NCBI GenBank assembly: GCA_035420085.1
Contig: DAOLUH010000003.1
Coordinates: forward strand, 80,106-144,105
DNA: 64,000 nt
Reading direction: 5' to 3'
Source: Anaerolineae bacterium
GTDB lineage: Bacteria > Chloroflexota > Anaerolineae > B4-G1 > SLSP01
Notes under the pieces: model-generated
The model's input: only the letters and a program-made list of their open reading frames with translations
Told to the model about the DNA's origin: nothing
Databases searched by the model: none
Shown: piece by piece, positions 44,801-52,769 of the stretch
Position numbering within the stretch: position 1 is the stretch's first letter
How the letters are laid out: every line of letters starts with the position of its first letter
Translations under genes and position numbers: made by a program

Positions 44801-45230
44801 CCAACGCCGCTTCGACCGTCTGCGCCAGGAGCAGCGCGGCCTGGCCTTCATCCAGCGTCTCGAAGCGCGGATCGATGGCGGCCTCGGCGGGATGGTTGCG
44901 CAGCAGTTCCCCGCACAGGCTGTGGATGGTGCCGATGCGCGCGGCGTCGAGGGCTTCGTAGAGCCGTTGCCAGCGGGTGCGTTCCTCGTCAGTAAGTTGC
45001 CCAGCATCCAGATACCGGCGTACTTCCTGGCGCACGCGGTTACGCATCTCTCGCGCGGCCTTTTTGGTGAAGGTGATAGCGACGACAGAGCGTAGCGGTA
45101 GGTCGTCCAATAGCAGTGAAAGATAGCGCGCCACGAGCGTGCGTGTCTTGCCCGCGCCGGCCCCCGCGGTCACGGCCACGTCCGCGCCCCGCGCCAGGAT
45201 CGGCGGCGTCTGCTCGTCGCTGGGGGACAT
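41853..45230 (-). CDS. addA: AddA-like UvrD-family helicase with C-terminal PD-(D/E)xK nuclease
   Basis: Track ORF 41853..45359, trimmed to ATG at 45230 (MSPSDEQTPPILARGADVAVTAGAGAGKTRTL); the longer N-terminus is translated intergenic repeat. C-terminus 'DALFRADGQWTLVEFKTD' is the nuclease motif. Confidence 0.85.
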   Translation of the reverse strand: MSPSDEQTPPILARGADVAVTAGAGAGKTRTLVARYLSLLLDDLPLRSVVAITFTKKAAREMRNRVRQEVRRYLDAGQLTDEERTRWQRLYEALDAARIGTIHSLCGELLRNHPAEAAIDPRFETLDEGQAALLLAQTVEAALAWAADDPQATRLFADFGEWELPRLLTQLLKQRLDIAALPRPDDWWAVWEPHLASPLRAFVEDAVVQADFADLLALRADGTLARAEAAGDNLAAPLRELLRLWDDITTACAVDDWATVSAQLAPLRAAMKQVGRQANWEPANPKAIIKELQNRYDESLAALVGKGIDLALDQTLAQAILPELLRLYDYTLAAYTRLKEDRRALDFDDLETGALALLRDHSAVRARWQAEVRALLVDEFQDTNARQRDLLALLNGDAGKCFIVGDGKQSIYRFRGADVTVFRTARREIADQGKAFTLETSYRAHGDLVAALNALLQPVLGVDEDPAHTYVEPFAALTHHRAMPPAGLTPPYVELHLGVGSKTGGALDKAAEALVTRLAALVEGGYVQLESRNPDTGQAQTRPLDYGDIAILCRASTSFAHYENALERAGIPFLTVAGRGFYERPEVRDVLNALTVLADPTDDLALAGLLRSPACNLSDLALYRLTEERKAQKAPSLWAVLNNASLGFLADEAPCAAEAVALIQRLHAQAGRVTVAAILKDFLDATHYRAALLRAGQARGAGNLAKLLADAHTSGIVSVSAFLDYVTQLRDAGTREGEAHTLSVGAVQLMTVHAAKGLEFPVIVIGDAGKAARGGRGAVVDPLLGVVPPLKSTSEDEAPAATSLAYRLAQQAAADQEAAESDRLLYVAATRAQDLLILSGTVSARKDGLGLGGWLERLDTALHLSTSAPACDPEGEAIQHMALSAEAQPVSCFLYEGNAEIAAPGVSTEPSVPPILPETLSLLDSLIPPSATTDDDTEVAHRDPPRRVWRVVPEKARPTAPAWVVGTLVHGALEQWLFPDGALFARWAEAEARGRGITDAAELRNAVQRAARMLTRFRATDLYTAMDSAAQRFHEVPYTLVTPDGALERGMLDALFRADGQWTLVEFKTDHVTDPVALTALLATTDYRAQVTRYLDAAERLLGVRPRPALCFLNVGGAVRVVTDL

Positions 45231-45246
45231 TTGAGCCAACAAAGGA

Positions 45247-45354
45247 TGCAAGAGGCAAGATGCAGGAGAGTCGTTACTCGTTACTGGATGCTGGATACTG
45301 GATGCTGGATGCACGTTTTCCATTTCTTGCCTCTTGCTTCCTGCTTCTTGCCTC
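45247..45354. repeat. nested low-complexity inverted repeat between addB and addA
   Basis: TGCAAGAGGCAAGATGCAGGAGAG (45247-45270) against TTCTTGCCTCTTGCTTCCTGCTTCTTGCCTC (45324-45354). These arms flank GTTACTCGTTACTGGATGCTGGATACTGGATGCTGGATG. Confidence 0.65.
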
Positions 45355-48300
45355 ACCATTGTTTGGGCTGATAGTGCCAGCAGAAGGACGCCGCCGGGCA
45401 GTAGGCGGGGCAGCCGTTGTCGGGTGGGGTGGGGACGAAGTGACCTTGACGCGCGCTGCGCACAGCTTCCCAGGCGTGAGTGACGGCGGTGTGCATCGCG
45501 CCTGCCGGGCCGAACAGTCCCGTCTCTTTGTCCGCGAACTTCGCCAGAGTAAAGCTGCTGGCCTCGGCGGCCTGGATGTGCCAGTAGAAGCCGTCGCTGA
45601 CGTTTCCCAGGTCTAGCGCCTCCTGCGCAGCCAGGGCATAGAGCGGGAGTTGCAGCTTCTTGCCCTTTTTGACGTTGGTGGTCGTGAACGCACTCGCCCC
45701 ACCGGTCTTGTAATCGATGATGCGCACGCGCCCGTCCGGCGCGCGGTCTACGCGGTCGATCAAGCCGCGCAGTCGGAAGCTGTCCGCGCCGTCACGGATA
45801 ACCAGTGGTGGATGGTTATCATCCAGTCCAAACGTGGCTTCATACGCGAACGGGACAAAGTCGCCTCGCAGGGCATCCAAGGCAGTCAGCGAGCGGCGAA
45901 CGTTCTCGATGATCTCATCGCGGGTTCGCGCCCACCACGCTGTCGGGCGGAATTGCTGCTCGATGGGAGCGGCGTCCAATATGGGCGCTGCGACGTCAGG
46001 CAAAGCCGCCAGTAGTTGTTCAAGGGCGGTGGGATCGGCGACGGCCTGGTAAAGTTGCTCAAAGATGTGATGGTAGAGGCTGCCCAATTGCGCCGCGTCC
46101 AAGCCTTCGACGGGGCGGGCGCGTGGTTCCAACGCCAGGACGCTGCCCACAAAGAAGCGGAAGGGGCACTCGCGGCAGCTTTCCAGGCGGCTGGCGCTCC
46201 AGGCTCGCGCCGGGTTGAAGCGTTGGGTGAAGATGTCGCTGACCGGGGTCAGATCGCCGTCGAAAAACCCTGTTGCATTTGCGCCCAGGCGCTGCGCCAG
46301 CACGCGCGTTGCCCGTTCCAGTGCAGTGTGATATATCGGCTGGCGGCGCGCCAACGCTTGCCAGAACGGTGTGTCACCTTGCGTACTGAGACCCAGCAGT
46401 AGTTCCTCCCACGAAGCGGCCTCGTCCGGCGCGGGGTAGCTGTGACTGGTCAGGTGGAGCGGTGTCACGGCCACGCGGCGGCGCACTTCGTCCCAATACG
46501 GCGAGGCCTGCCACGGCGCGCCGTTGTCGGCGATGCGCGGGCGGGTGAGCAGCAGCGCCGCGCGTGGGCGCGCAATGGCTTCGTAGAAGTACTCGGCTTC
46601 GGAGCTATCCGGCGACGGCGACAAGGCCAGGCCAAAGTCATCACGCAGACGTTGCCGGTCGGCGTCGCGCAGGAAGGGGTCTTCGGCCAGCGCCGCCGGG
46701 AATTCGCCCTCGGCCAGTCCCAGCACGGCGACGGTGTGGAAGGGGACGCCGCGCGTCTGCGTCACGTCGGCCACCAGCAGCGCCTCGCGGTCGGTGGGCA
46801 GCGGCAGGCGATACGTCGCGGCGTCCACCGCGCCTTCGAGGTCGGTCCAGAACGTAGCAAATGTTACGGGATCGCAGGCCACGGCTTCATCGGCCCACAC
46901 CAGACCGCGCAGAATGTCTTTGAGCGCGTCAAGCGCAGCCCGGTCGCGCTCCACTAATTCTGGCGGGCCGGCGTCTACACGGCGCACCACGCCCAGGTCA
47001 GTGGGCAGTGTGGTCTCGTCCTCGGGTGGGGTGTCGTCGCCGATAAGAGACTCGATCCACGCCACGAAGTCCCGGCAAGGGTGTTCTCCTTCCGGCGGGG
47101 TGACGCGCTGCACAAAGCAGTGAAATATCGCGGCCAGCGCCTCCGCCGCTGCCCCGGTGGGGACGGTCAGGGGGATACCGATGTCAGCAGTGTCCTCGTC
47201 CAGAACGTCGCGCGGTCCGGCGTTGCTCGCCAGGGCAAAGGCTTCTTCCCACTGCGCCAGTCCCGCGACCACACGCCCCCACCGCGCCAGGCGATCCAAA
47301 CTCTCGGTGGTTTCTGGGGTGATGCCGCAGGCCGTCCACTCGAAGTAGGGCGAACGCCAGGCTTCCACCGTCAAACGCCAGGGGAAAGCGCTGTCGGTCT
47401 CGTCGGGCAGCGTGAGGCGCAGCAGGTCGAGCAATGCCGCGACTGCAGGGTTGGCGCGTAGCGGCAGACCGTCGAGGATGTGAACCGGCACGCCGAACTC
47501 GTCCGCTGTCTGCTGGACGAAGGGGCGGTACGGCTCGATGTCGCGGGCCAACAATGCTGCATCGCTCAGGCGCAGATGCTCACGGACGACGCGCGTCTTG
47601 AGCCACCGCAGCGCCGCACGCACTTCGGCCTCGCGGTCGGGCGCGGCAATGAGTACAACGGTATCCTCTGCGGGGCATTGTGCGGCATCGGCGGTGAACA
47701 ACGCCGCTTCCAGGTGTGCCAACGCAGGCGCGCGCGGATCGGGCGTCACGCGGGTGGGCAAGGGTTCTGCCATGATACCCAGGGCGGTTTCCAGGTGACG
47801 GCGCGTGCGGTCGAAGCGGTGATGGATCAGCGCGCGCGCATCGTCGCCAGGGCTGCCGGTGAGGGTGATGACCAATTCGCCCACACGCCCGGCCAACTGC
47901 CGCAATACATCCACCTGTACCGAGGTGAGGTCGTCGAAGCCGTCAACAAAGAGGTGCGACCAATCGAGGCCCACATCGGGATGACGGGCAAGGGCTTCCG
48001 CCGTAAGCCAGCCCAGTCCGGCGAAGTCGGCCCAGCCTTCCTGTTGCAGGCGCTCCTGGTAGGCAGTGTAAAGGTGCGCCAGTTCCAGCAGGCGCGGTTC
48101 GCCGCCCAGTGCTTCGACGGCATCGGTGAAGGTATCGGGTGGGACGCCGCCGGCCTTGAGTTCGCGCACGAAGCCTTGAACAACCTGCGCAAAACCAGGC
48201 CGGTTGCGGAGTGGGGCATAGTGCTGCAACGAGGCATCGGTGATGAGCGCGCGCAGCAGCCGGTACTGGATCGGTTCGGTGAGCAGGACGTAGACTTCCT

Positions 48301-48526
48301 CGGCAGCGCGGAGGATCTCGCGGTAGAGCGTGTCGAACGTCCCCACGCGCACGCCGAGCGCGCCCCCCGTCTCGCCCAGCCGGCGCTGCCACGCGCGCAC
48401 CTGGAGTTGCGTGGGTACGACGACGCGCGGCGTGGCCGTCAGCCTGGCGCTCAGGGCACGGGCCTGGGCGACCAGGTAGGTGGTCTTCCCGCTGGCGGCG
48501 GGGGCGAGGTAGAGGTGGGTGGACAC
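45353..48526 (-). CDS. addB: AddB-like nuclease subunit (inactive-helicase fold, RecB-type nuclease with Fe-S cysteines)
   Basis: Track ORF 45353..48550 uses a TTG start. GTG at 48526 (VSTHLYLAPAASGKTTYL) has AAGGTGA upstream; the start is uncertain. C-terminus 'GLIDRVDRAPDGRVRIIDYKTGG' plus Cys cluster 'CRECPF ... CPAYCPAASFC'. Confidence 0.8.
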   Translation of the reverse strand: MSTHLYLAPAASGKTTYLVAQARALSARLTATPRVVVPTQLQVRAWQRRLGETGGALGVRVGTFDTLYREILRAAEEVYVLLTEPIQYRLLRALITDASLQHYAPLRNRPGFAQVVQGFVRELKAGGVPPDTFTDAVEALGGEPRLLELAHLYTAYQERLQQEGWADFAGLGWLTAEALARHPDVGLDWSHLFVDGFDDLTSVQVDVLRQLAGRVGELVITLTGSPGDDARALIHHRFDRTRRHLETALGIMAEPLPTRVTPDPRAPALAHLEAALFTADAAQCPAEDTVVLIAAPDREAEVRAALRWLKTRVVREHLRLSDAALLARDIEPYRPFVQQTADEFGVPVHILDGLPLRANPAVAALLDLLRLTLPDETDSAFPWRLTVEAWRSPYFEWTACGITPETTESLDRLARWGRVVAGLAQWEEAFALASNAGPRDVLDEDTADIGIPLTVPTGAAAEALAAIFHCFVQRVTPPEGEHPCRDFVAWIESLIGDDTPPEDETTLPTDLGVVRRVDAGPPELVERDRAALDALKDILRGLVWADEAVACDPVTFATFWTDLEGAVDAATYRLPLPTDREALLVADVTQTRGVPFHTVAVLGLAEGEFPAALAEDPFLRDADRQRLRDDFGLALSPSPDSSEAEYFYEAIARPRAALLLTRPRIADNGAPWQASPYWDEVRRRVAVTPLHLTSHSYPAPDEAASWEELLLGLSTQGDTPFWQALARRQPIYHTALERATRVLAQRLGANATGFFDGDLTPVSDIFTQRFNPARAWSASRLESCRECPFRFFVGSVLALEPRARPVEGLDAAQLGSLYHHIFEQLYQAVADPTALEQLLAALPDVAAPILDAAPIEQQFRPTAWWARTRDEIIENVRRSLTALDALRGDFVPFAYEATFGLDDNHPPLVIRDGADSFRLRGLIDRVDRAPDGRVRIIDYKTGGASAFTTTNVKKGKKLQLPLYALAAQEALDLGNVSDGFYWHIQAAEASSFTLAKFADKETGLFGPAGAMHTAVTHAWEAVRSARQGHFVPTPPDNGCPAYCPAASFCWHYQPKQW

Positions 48527-48558
48527 GTTTGTCTTTCTCACCTTACACAAATACAGAG

Positions 48559-49797
48559 TTAAACTCCAGCAATCTTCTTGAGTGCCGCAACAAATTGCGT
48601 TCCTTCTAGATTTACAATGTGATGCCCGTGCAACTCGGGGTCGAACATCTCCGGCGGGCGCGTGAAGATATTTAGAAGCGCTTCATCTTGGTCGACAAAG
48701 TCATCAAGAACTGCTTGCAAACGCTCGCCATCGTTGTAAAAATACTCTTGAAGCAGCGGGACAATCCTGTGATACCAGACAAACTGAAGCCGTTTACGAT
48801 CTTTAATCCCCATAAAGTAGCTATGTCCAAGACGATGGTCACGGTCAAGGAGCATCTCCACGCGAGCGTTAATCCGCCCAAGCAAAGCATCGAGAGGAAT
48901 ACCCTCAATGACCTTCCCCGCTAACAGTGATAAATCAGGGATGGTTTCAATGAAAGTGAAACGACGCCGAAGTGCAATATCCAATAGTGCAATGCTGCGA
49001 TCGGTAGTGTTCATCGTGCCCAGCAAATATAGGTTATCCGGGACACCAAAATGCTGTCCCGATCCTGGCAGAGTGACAATCATCTTGTTGGGTTGTCCCA
49101 AGCGTTTGTCGTCCTCAATCAGTGTGATCAACTCACCGAAGATTTTGGCAATATTGCCACGGTTAATCTCATCAATGATGAGGACAAAGTCATTGTCTGG
49201 ATCGGCGGCAGCCTCATCACACATTTGTTTAAATATGCCAGGCCGCCATTCATAACGGATATTACCCTGTTTGTCGTGAATAGGGCGCAATCCCTCAATG
49301 AAGTCTTCGTAACCATATGCTTGATGAAAAGTTACAACTCGCACGTACTCGGCCGTTGTCTCTGCCCAATACTTCTCGAAAATATCTACTAAACCCGGTT
49401 CGTCACCTTCCATAAGCTCACGCAAATAAGCAGCCTCATTATGTTCAAAGCGGAACAAGGTGCCCTGCATACGGAAACGCACAGGTTCTGAGTTTTGTAG
49501 AAGCGCGTCATCTCGCAACACCTGCCAGGGGATTGGCTTGGAAAGTTTGCGAATACCTTTGACGTAGAAACCTGCATCCTCTGACTGCTGAGGGGGTTCC
49601 ACAACTTCTGCCAGGCAATAGAGTTCTTTATGCGGGTGAGCCAAATAGCCAAAGACAAGATCGCCAGGTTGGATCTCTGCATAGTTGCGCGTGAGACGAC
49701 CACGCCTGAAATCCTCTACATCTTTATCGCCAAATAATGTATCCCAATGCCACTCTTTAGGGTTGGCAACAACGCACCAATAGCCTTGGTATAGCAT
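48559..49797 (-). CDS. mcrB: McrB-like AAA+ GTPase, distal part: EVE/PUA-like domain followed by the AAA+ core from the sensor strand onward (no Walker A in this frame)
   Basis: Track ORF 48559..50028; first start with limited overlap is ATG at 49797 (MLYQGYWCVVANPKEW...). 'VRVVTFHQAYGYEDFIEGLRP', 'FVLIIDEINRGNIAKIFGELITLIEDDKR' and 'LYLLGTMNTTDRSIALLDIALRRRFTFIE' are McrB signatures. Low G+C. Confidence 0.7.
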   Translation of the reverse strand: MLYQGYWCVVANPKEWHWDTLFGDKDVEDFRRGRLTRNYAEIQPGDLVFGYLAHPHKELYCLAEVVEPPQQSEDAGFYVKGIRKLSKPIPWQVLRDDALLQNSEPVRFRMQGTLFRFEHNEAAYLRELMEGDEPGLVDIFEKYWAETTAEYVRVVTFHQAYGYEDFIEGLRPIHDKQGNIRYEWRPGIFKQMCDEAAADPDNDFVLIIDEINRGNIAKIFGELITLIEDDKRLGQPNKMIVTLPGSGQHFGVPDNLYLLGTMNTTDRSIALLDIALRRRFTFIETIPDLSLLAGKVIEGIPLDALLGRINARVEMLLDRDHRLGHSYFMGIKDRKRLQFVWYHRIVPLLQEYFYNDGERLQAVLDDFVDQDEALLNIFTRPPEMFDPELHGHHIVNLEGTQFVAALKKIAGV

Positions 49798-50998
49798 CAG
49801 TCTCACTGATCTGTCCCTGGGTCCAGGCTTCTGCAAAGCGACGGGCGCGAAAGGTCTTGCCGGTACCTGGCGGCCCATACAGAATGACATTTCTCGTTTC
49901 TTTAACGATTTCTTCCAATATAGTGTCAGGCGACCCTGGAACTGGTTTACGCTCCATCGCTTCAAATACGGCAAGCAGGTCCTGATTTTGAGCAAGGTAA
50001 GCGTTCTTGATTTGTCGCCATTGATCACGATTAACTGGCATCACTGTAGGAATGGAAAAGCTAAACTTGGTATCTACCTTGTCGGTTATCTTCCATTCCA
50101 CAGACCGGGCGTTGCGCATTGATAGGTTAGGATTTTGAGGATCATCTGGCGGTACATAAGCACCGGTCACAACACCTATGCCGACAACAGTTGATCTGCC
50201 CTTATTTGCTACCACAATATCCCCAGGTGAGACTTCGTGTGTAAAGAGCCAAATTGACCTTGCGTCCCAACTGAATTTCTCGGCCTCAACCTTCAAAGCT
50301 TGCTTAATCTCCTCCTCGGTTTTATAGTATCGGAAATCGCCGATTTCCTCCCAACCAACCACAATACTGCTATGATCCCGACATTCAGACCATACATTGG
50401 CATTCTCACCCGGGGCAATCTTCCAGATTGCCCGACCACTCTCCGTTTTATCTAAGCGCGCGAGAAGAATCTCTAATCCTCTAGCGTATTCAGAGTCTCC
50501 TTTGTGAAGTGCAATAGCATCCTCCAAGATCGCGCGAGCCGCGTCGTCGTCAATGTAAGTAAATCCTATTTGCCCCACGCGTTTTTTGCCACCCAGGTGA
50601 CGGGCGTGATCGACTGGCAGAAGTTTGATATCTTGAAAGCGCCAGACCTGATCCACAAGGGCTCGAACGTTAGCGCGTCCGGAAGCACCTGACGGGCTTT
50701 CCGGCGTCTCAAAGTCGCCCAACTCGGCACCCCCATAGACACCAACAATGTAACCTTTGGAGTAAAAGAAAACATTGCCGACCTTATTCGAGAACCGTGT
50801 GGGTTGGCGCGTGGCCTGAAAAAAGCCAAGCTTATATCCATCCCGTACATTGCGCTCAAGATCAAAGTTTAGATACTCATGTCCGACATTGCCGGCGCTT
50901 ACGTATTGGTGCCCAGCTTGTTTTACATCAGCTTCGCTGGGGACTCCCGTCCAGTAGTTTTCCTGCCAGGTAATGTTTACTACAACATGTTGCGGCAT
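49757..50998 (-). CDS. mcrB: McrB-like protein, proximal part: two or three N-terminal PUA-like reader domains ending with the Walker A motif
   Basis: 413 aa. 'RAIWKIAPGENANVWSECRDHSSIVVGWEEIGD...SPGDIVVANKG..VVGIGVVTGAY' (PUA/EVE-like). C-terminus 'RNVILYGPPGTGKTFRARRFAEAW', then the frame closes after 24 more codons. Confidence 0.7.
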   Translation of the reverse strand: MPQHVVVNITWQENYWTGVPSEADVKQAGHQYVSAGNVGHEYLNFDLERNVRDGYKLGFFQATRQPTRFSNKVGNVFFYSKGYIVGVYGGAELGDFETPESPSGASGRANVRALVDQVWRFQDIKLLPVDHARHLGGKKRVGQIGFTYIDDDAARAILEDAIALHKGDSEYARGLEILLARLDKTESGRAIWKIAPGENANVWSECRDHSSIVVGWEEIGDFRYYKTEEEIKQALKVEAEKFSWDARSIWLFTHEVSPGDIVVANKGRSTVVGIGVVTGAYVPPDDPQNPNLSMRNARSVEWKITDKVDTKFSFSIPTVMPVNRDQWRQIKNAYLAQNQDLLAVFEAMERKPVPGSPDTILEEIVKETRNVILYGPPGTGKTFRARRFAEAWTQGQISETDAIPRLLVRCCQP

Positions 50999-51000
50999 TT

Positions 51001-52293
51001 CTATCCTCCTGCTAGAGTTTGAGCAAGTTCTTCAGCTAAGGCCTTGCGGCCCTCCCTACTACGCAGATCATGCCGAAGGTTAATCGTTTGTGCACGCAAC
51101 TGAGTTGGGGTGTGTTGCGGCAAACCCTCAATGTAAAGCGTTTGCGGCTCCAACTGCGCTTCTGGATACAAGAGCAGCACATCCTGGCAGTCGTAGCGCG
51201 TAGCATAGGCGTGCATCTGATAGGCATCTGCTTCCTTGATCTCACGATTCGTTTTATATTTCGTGTCGATGATCAGTGCTATGCTTTGATCCGTACGCCT
51301 TAACACTATGTCTGGCTTCAAACGGAATTTCTGCCGTCCGCCATCACGCAGCGTGCGTGCCAGCCAGCGTGGTGATCCTTTGCCCTGTGCCAGGATTTCA
51401 CATCCTTGAAGGCGCTCGGGTAAAGCATAATGGTGACGTAAGAATCCAAGTATAAATCGTTCAAATAGAACATTCATGTCAAAGAGAAACGTGAAGACCT
51501 GGGTTTGACCGGGCCACAATTGCAGTGATTCTTGAGCCAAGAACATGCAGGCCAGGTTGTAAGCTGGGCGGTAGCCAGCATTGAGACGGGTGAAAGTGAC
51601 CTGTGTAAGGTTATGGGATATGGAAGGTAACAATGTAACAGCGTCAAACCACATGCGCAGCAAATCCAGGCGTCGACGATTATCAACATCACGGGCTAAG
51701 TGCGAGAGGTAATGTATCGTGTAGCAAAAGACGCGATTGAGTGGATTATCCTCGACAAATTCGTCGTAGGTGACCAGAAACTTATCTTGTAGCAGCGGTT
51801 GCTCGCGCAATTGACGTCCTAGCAACCAACGTCCTTTCAGTACAGCAAGCACTTCTACCTGGTGACGATAGGTACGATAGGGTCCACGTTCCAATTGTTC
51901 CAGCAGCCGTTCACAAAAGATGCGCACCAAAATCTCAAACAAGTCCCCTCGGTGTTTGAGTAAGGAGGCGAGTTCGGTTTCGTGTACAGGTAATTCGCCA
52001 GCATAAACCAACATCCACAGCAAGTTGGCCACAGCACTATCTACACTGGCAGCACTATGATTATCATCTTTTCCAGTCGCATCAACCTTGGGCAAAACTT
52101 GTAGAACTACATCTCCCAACTGGATCACGCCAACATAGGAAGTGGCATGTAGTTGATGATATCCGAATCGAATCAAATCTACACCGGCCTGTTGATTTAG
52201 TCGTTCCAGACGGCGTAGATGTATATCTCTCAATGGGATATCATCATCAATGAGAGAAATAGGTTGATGTTCAAATACTGAAATTGTTTGCAT
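51001..52293 (-). CDS. mcrC: McrC-like PD-(D/E)xK nuclease subunit
   Basis: Track ORF 51001..52353, trimmed to ATG at 52293 (MQTISVFEHQPISL). 'LKPDIVLRR..QSIALIIDTKYK......ADAYQMHAYATRY' is the McrC catalytic pattern. It lies upstream of mcrB here. Confidence 0.8.
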   Translation of the reverse strand: MQTISVFEHQPISLIDDDIPLRDIHLRRLERLNQQAGVDLIRFGYHQLHATSYVGVIQLGDVVLQVLPKVDATGKDDNHSAASVDSAVANLLWMLVYAGELPVHETELASLLKHRGDLFEILVRIFCERLLEQLERGPYRTYRHQVEVLAVLKGRWLLGRQLREQPLLQDKFLVTYDEFVEDNPLNRVFCYTIHYLSHLARDVDNRRRLDLLRMWFDAVTLLPSISHNLTQVTFTRLNAGYRPAYNLACMFLAQESLQLWPGQTQVFTFLFDMNVLFERFILGFLRHHYALPERLQGCEILAQGKGSPRWLARTLRDGGRQKFRLKPDIVLRRTDQSIALIIDTKYKTNREIKEADAYQMHAYATRYDCQDVLLLYPEAQLEPQTLYIEGLPQHTPTQLRAQTINLRHDLRSREGRKALAEELAQTLAGG

Positions 52294-52697
52294 AAACTGC
52301 TCACACCATATACGGGCTAAACAATTTGCCAATATTTGCCCCAGGCATTCCAATGTTGCCGGTACATCGAGAAAATCGAGACTTAATCAAGTAGAGAGCG
52401 CATCGGCGAACGTAGCTTCCAGGCGTTGGAGTTCAGCAACCACGTCCTGTAGCGCGGTGTTGTACGAGTTGAGGTTGGCATAAGGTTGCGTGTTCAACAT
52501 CGGAGTGTTCTTCTCAAACACTATTCACACCTACACACATAAGGATGCTTTGTTTTCAACGTCTGCCCATAGTCTAGTGCAAAACGCCCAAACGCCAAAT
52601 CCAACCGCGCTTTATCCCCTACATCACACCCTCCTGACATCTCCCCATCACATCTACACCCAAAATATGTGCCCCTTACCCCAAAAAGTGAAAACAC

Positions 52698-52726
52698 TTG
52701 ACCGTCACCATTCGGCTCGTTATAAT
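52698..52726 (+). promoter_or_regulatory. near-consensus sigma70 promoter of imuB-dnaE2
   Basis: TTGACC (52698-52703), 17-nt spacer, TATAAT (52721-52726). Confidence 0.6.
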
Positions 52727-52730
52727 GAAA

Positions 52731-52746
52731 TAGAACCTATGTTCTA
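52731..52746. promoter_or_regulatory. LexA (SOS) operator of the GAAC-N4-GTTC type
   Basis: Perfect palindrome TAGAAC-CTAT-GTTCTA, 4 nt downstream of the -10 box and upstream of an SOS mutagenesis cassette. Confidence 0.7.
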
Positions 52747-52769
52747 TATCATTGGAGCCAAATCTTTCA

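Noticed and set aside
45231-45359. Longer N-terminus of AddA (MVRQEAGSKRQEMENVHPASSIQHPVTSNDSPASCLLHPLLAQ...)
   Set aside because: These codons are the translated low-complexity intergenic repeat (CTCTTGC / CTGGATG words). The conserved helicase N-terminus starts at ATG 45230.
49757-50028. Genuine 272-nt overlap of two functional genes (track ORFs 48559..50028 and 49757..50998)
   Set aside because: The overlapping N-terminal part of the distal ORF (MINGDKSRTLTLLKIRTCLPYLKRW...) has no homology and is simply the alternative frame of the well-conserved Walker A region. A frameshifted single mcrB is the simpler reading.
52387-52500. 37-codon minus-strand ORF (MLNTQPYANLNSYNTALQDVVAELQRLEATFADALST) between mcrC and the imuB promoter
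   Set aside because: It is too short, has a weak RBS and no recognisable family. It may be a remnant at the island border and is not reported as a gene.
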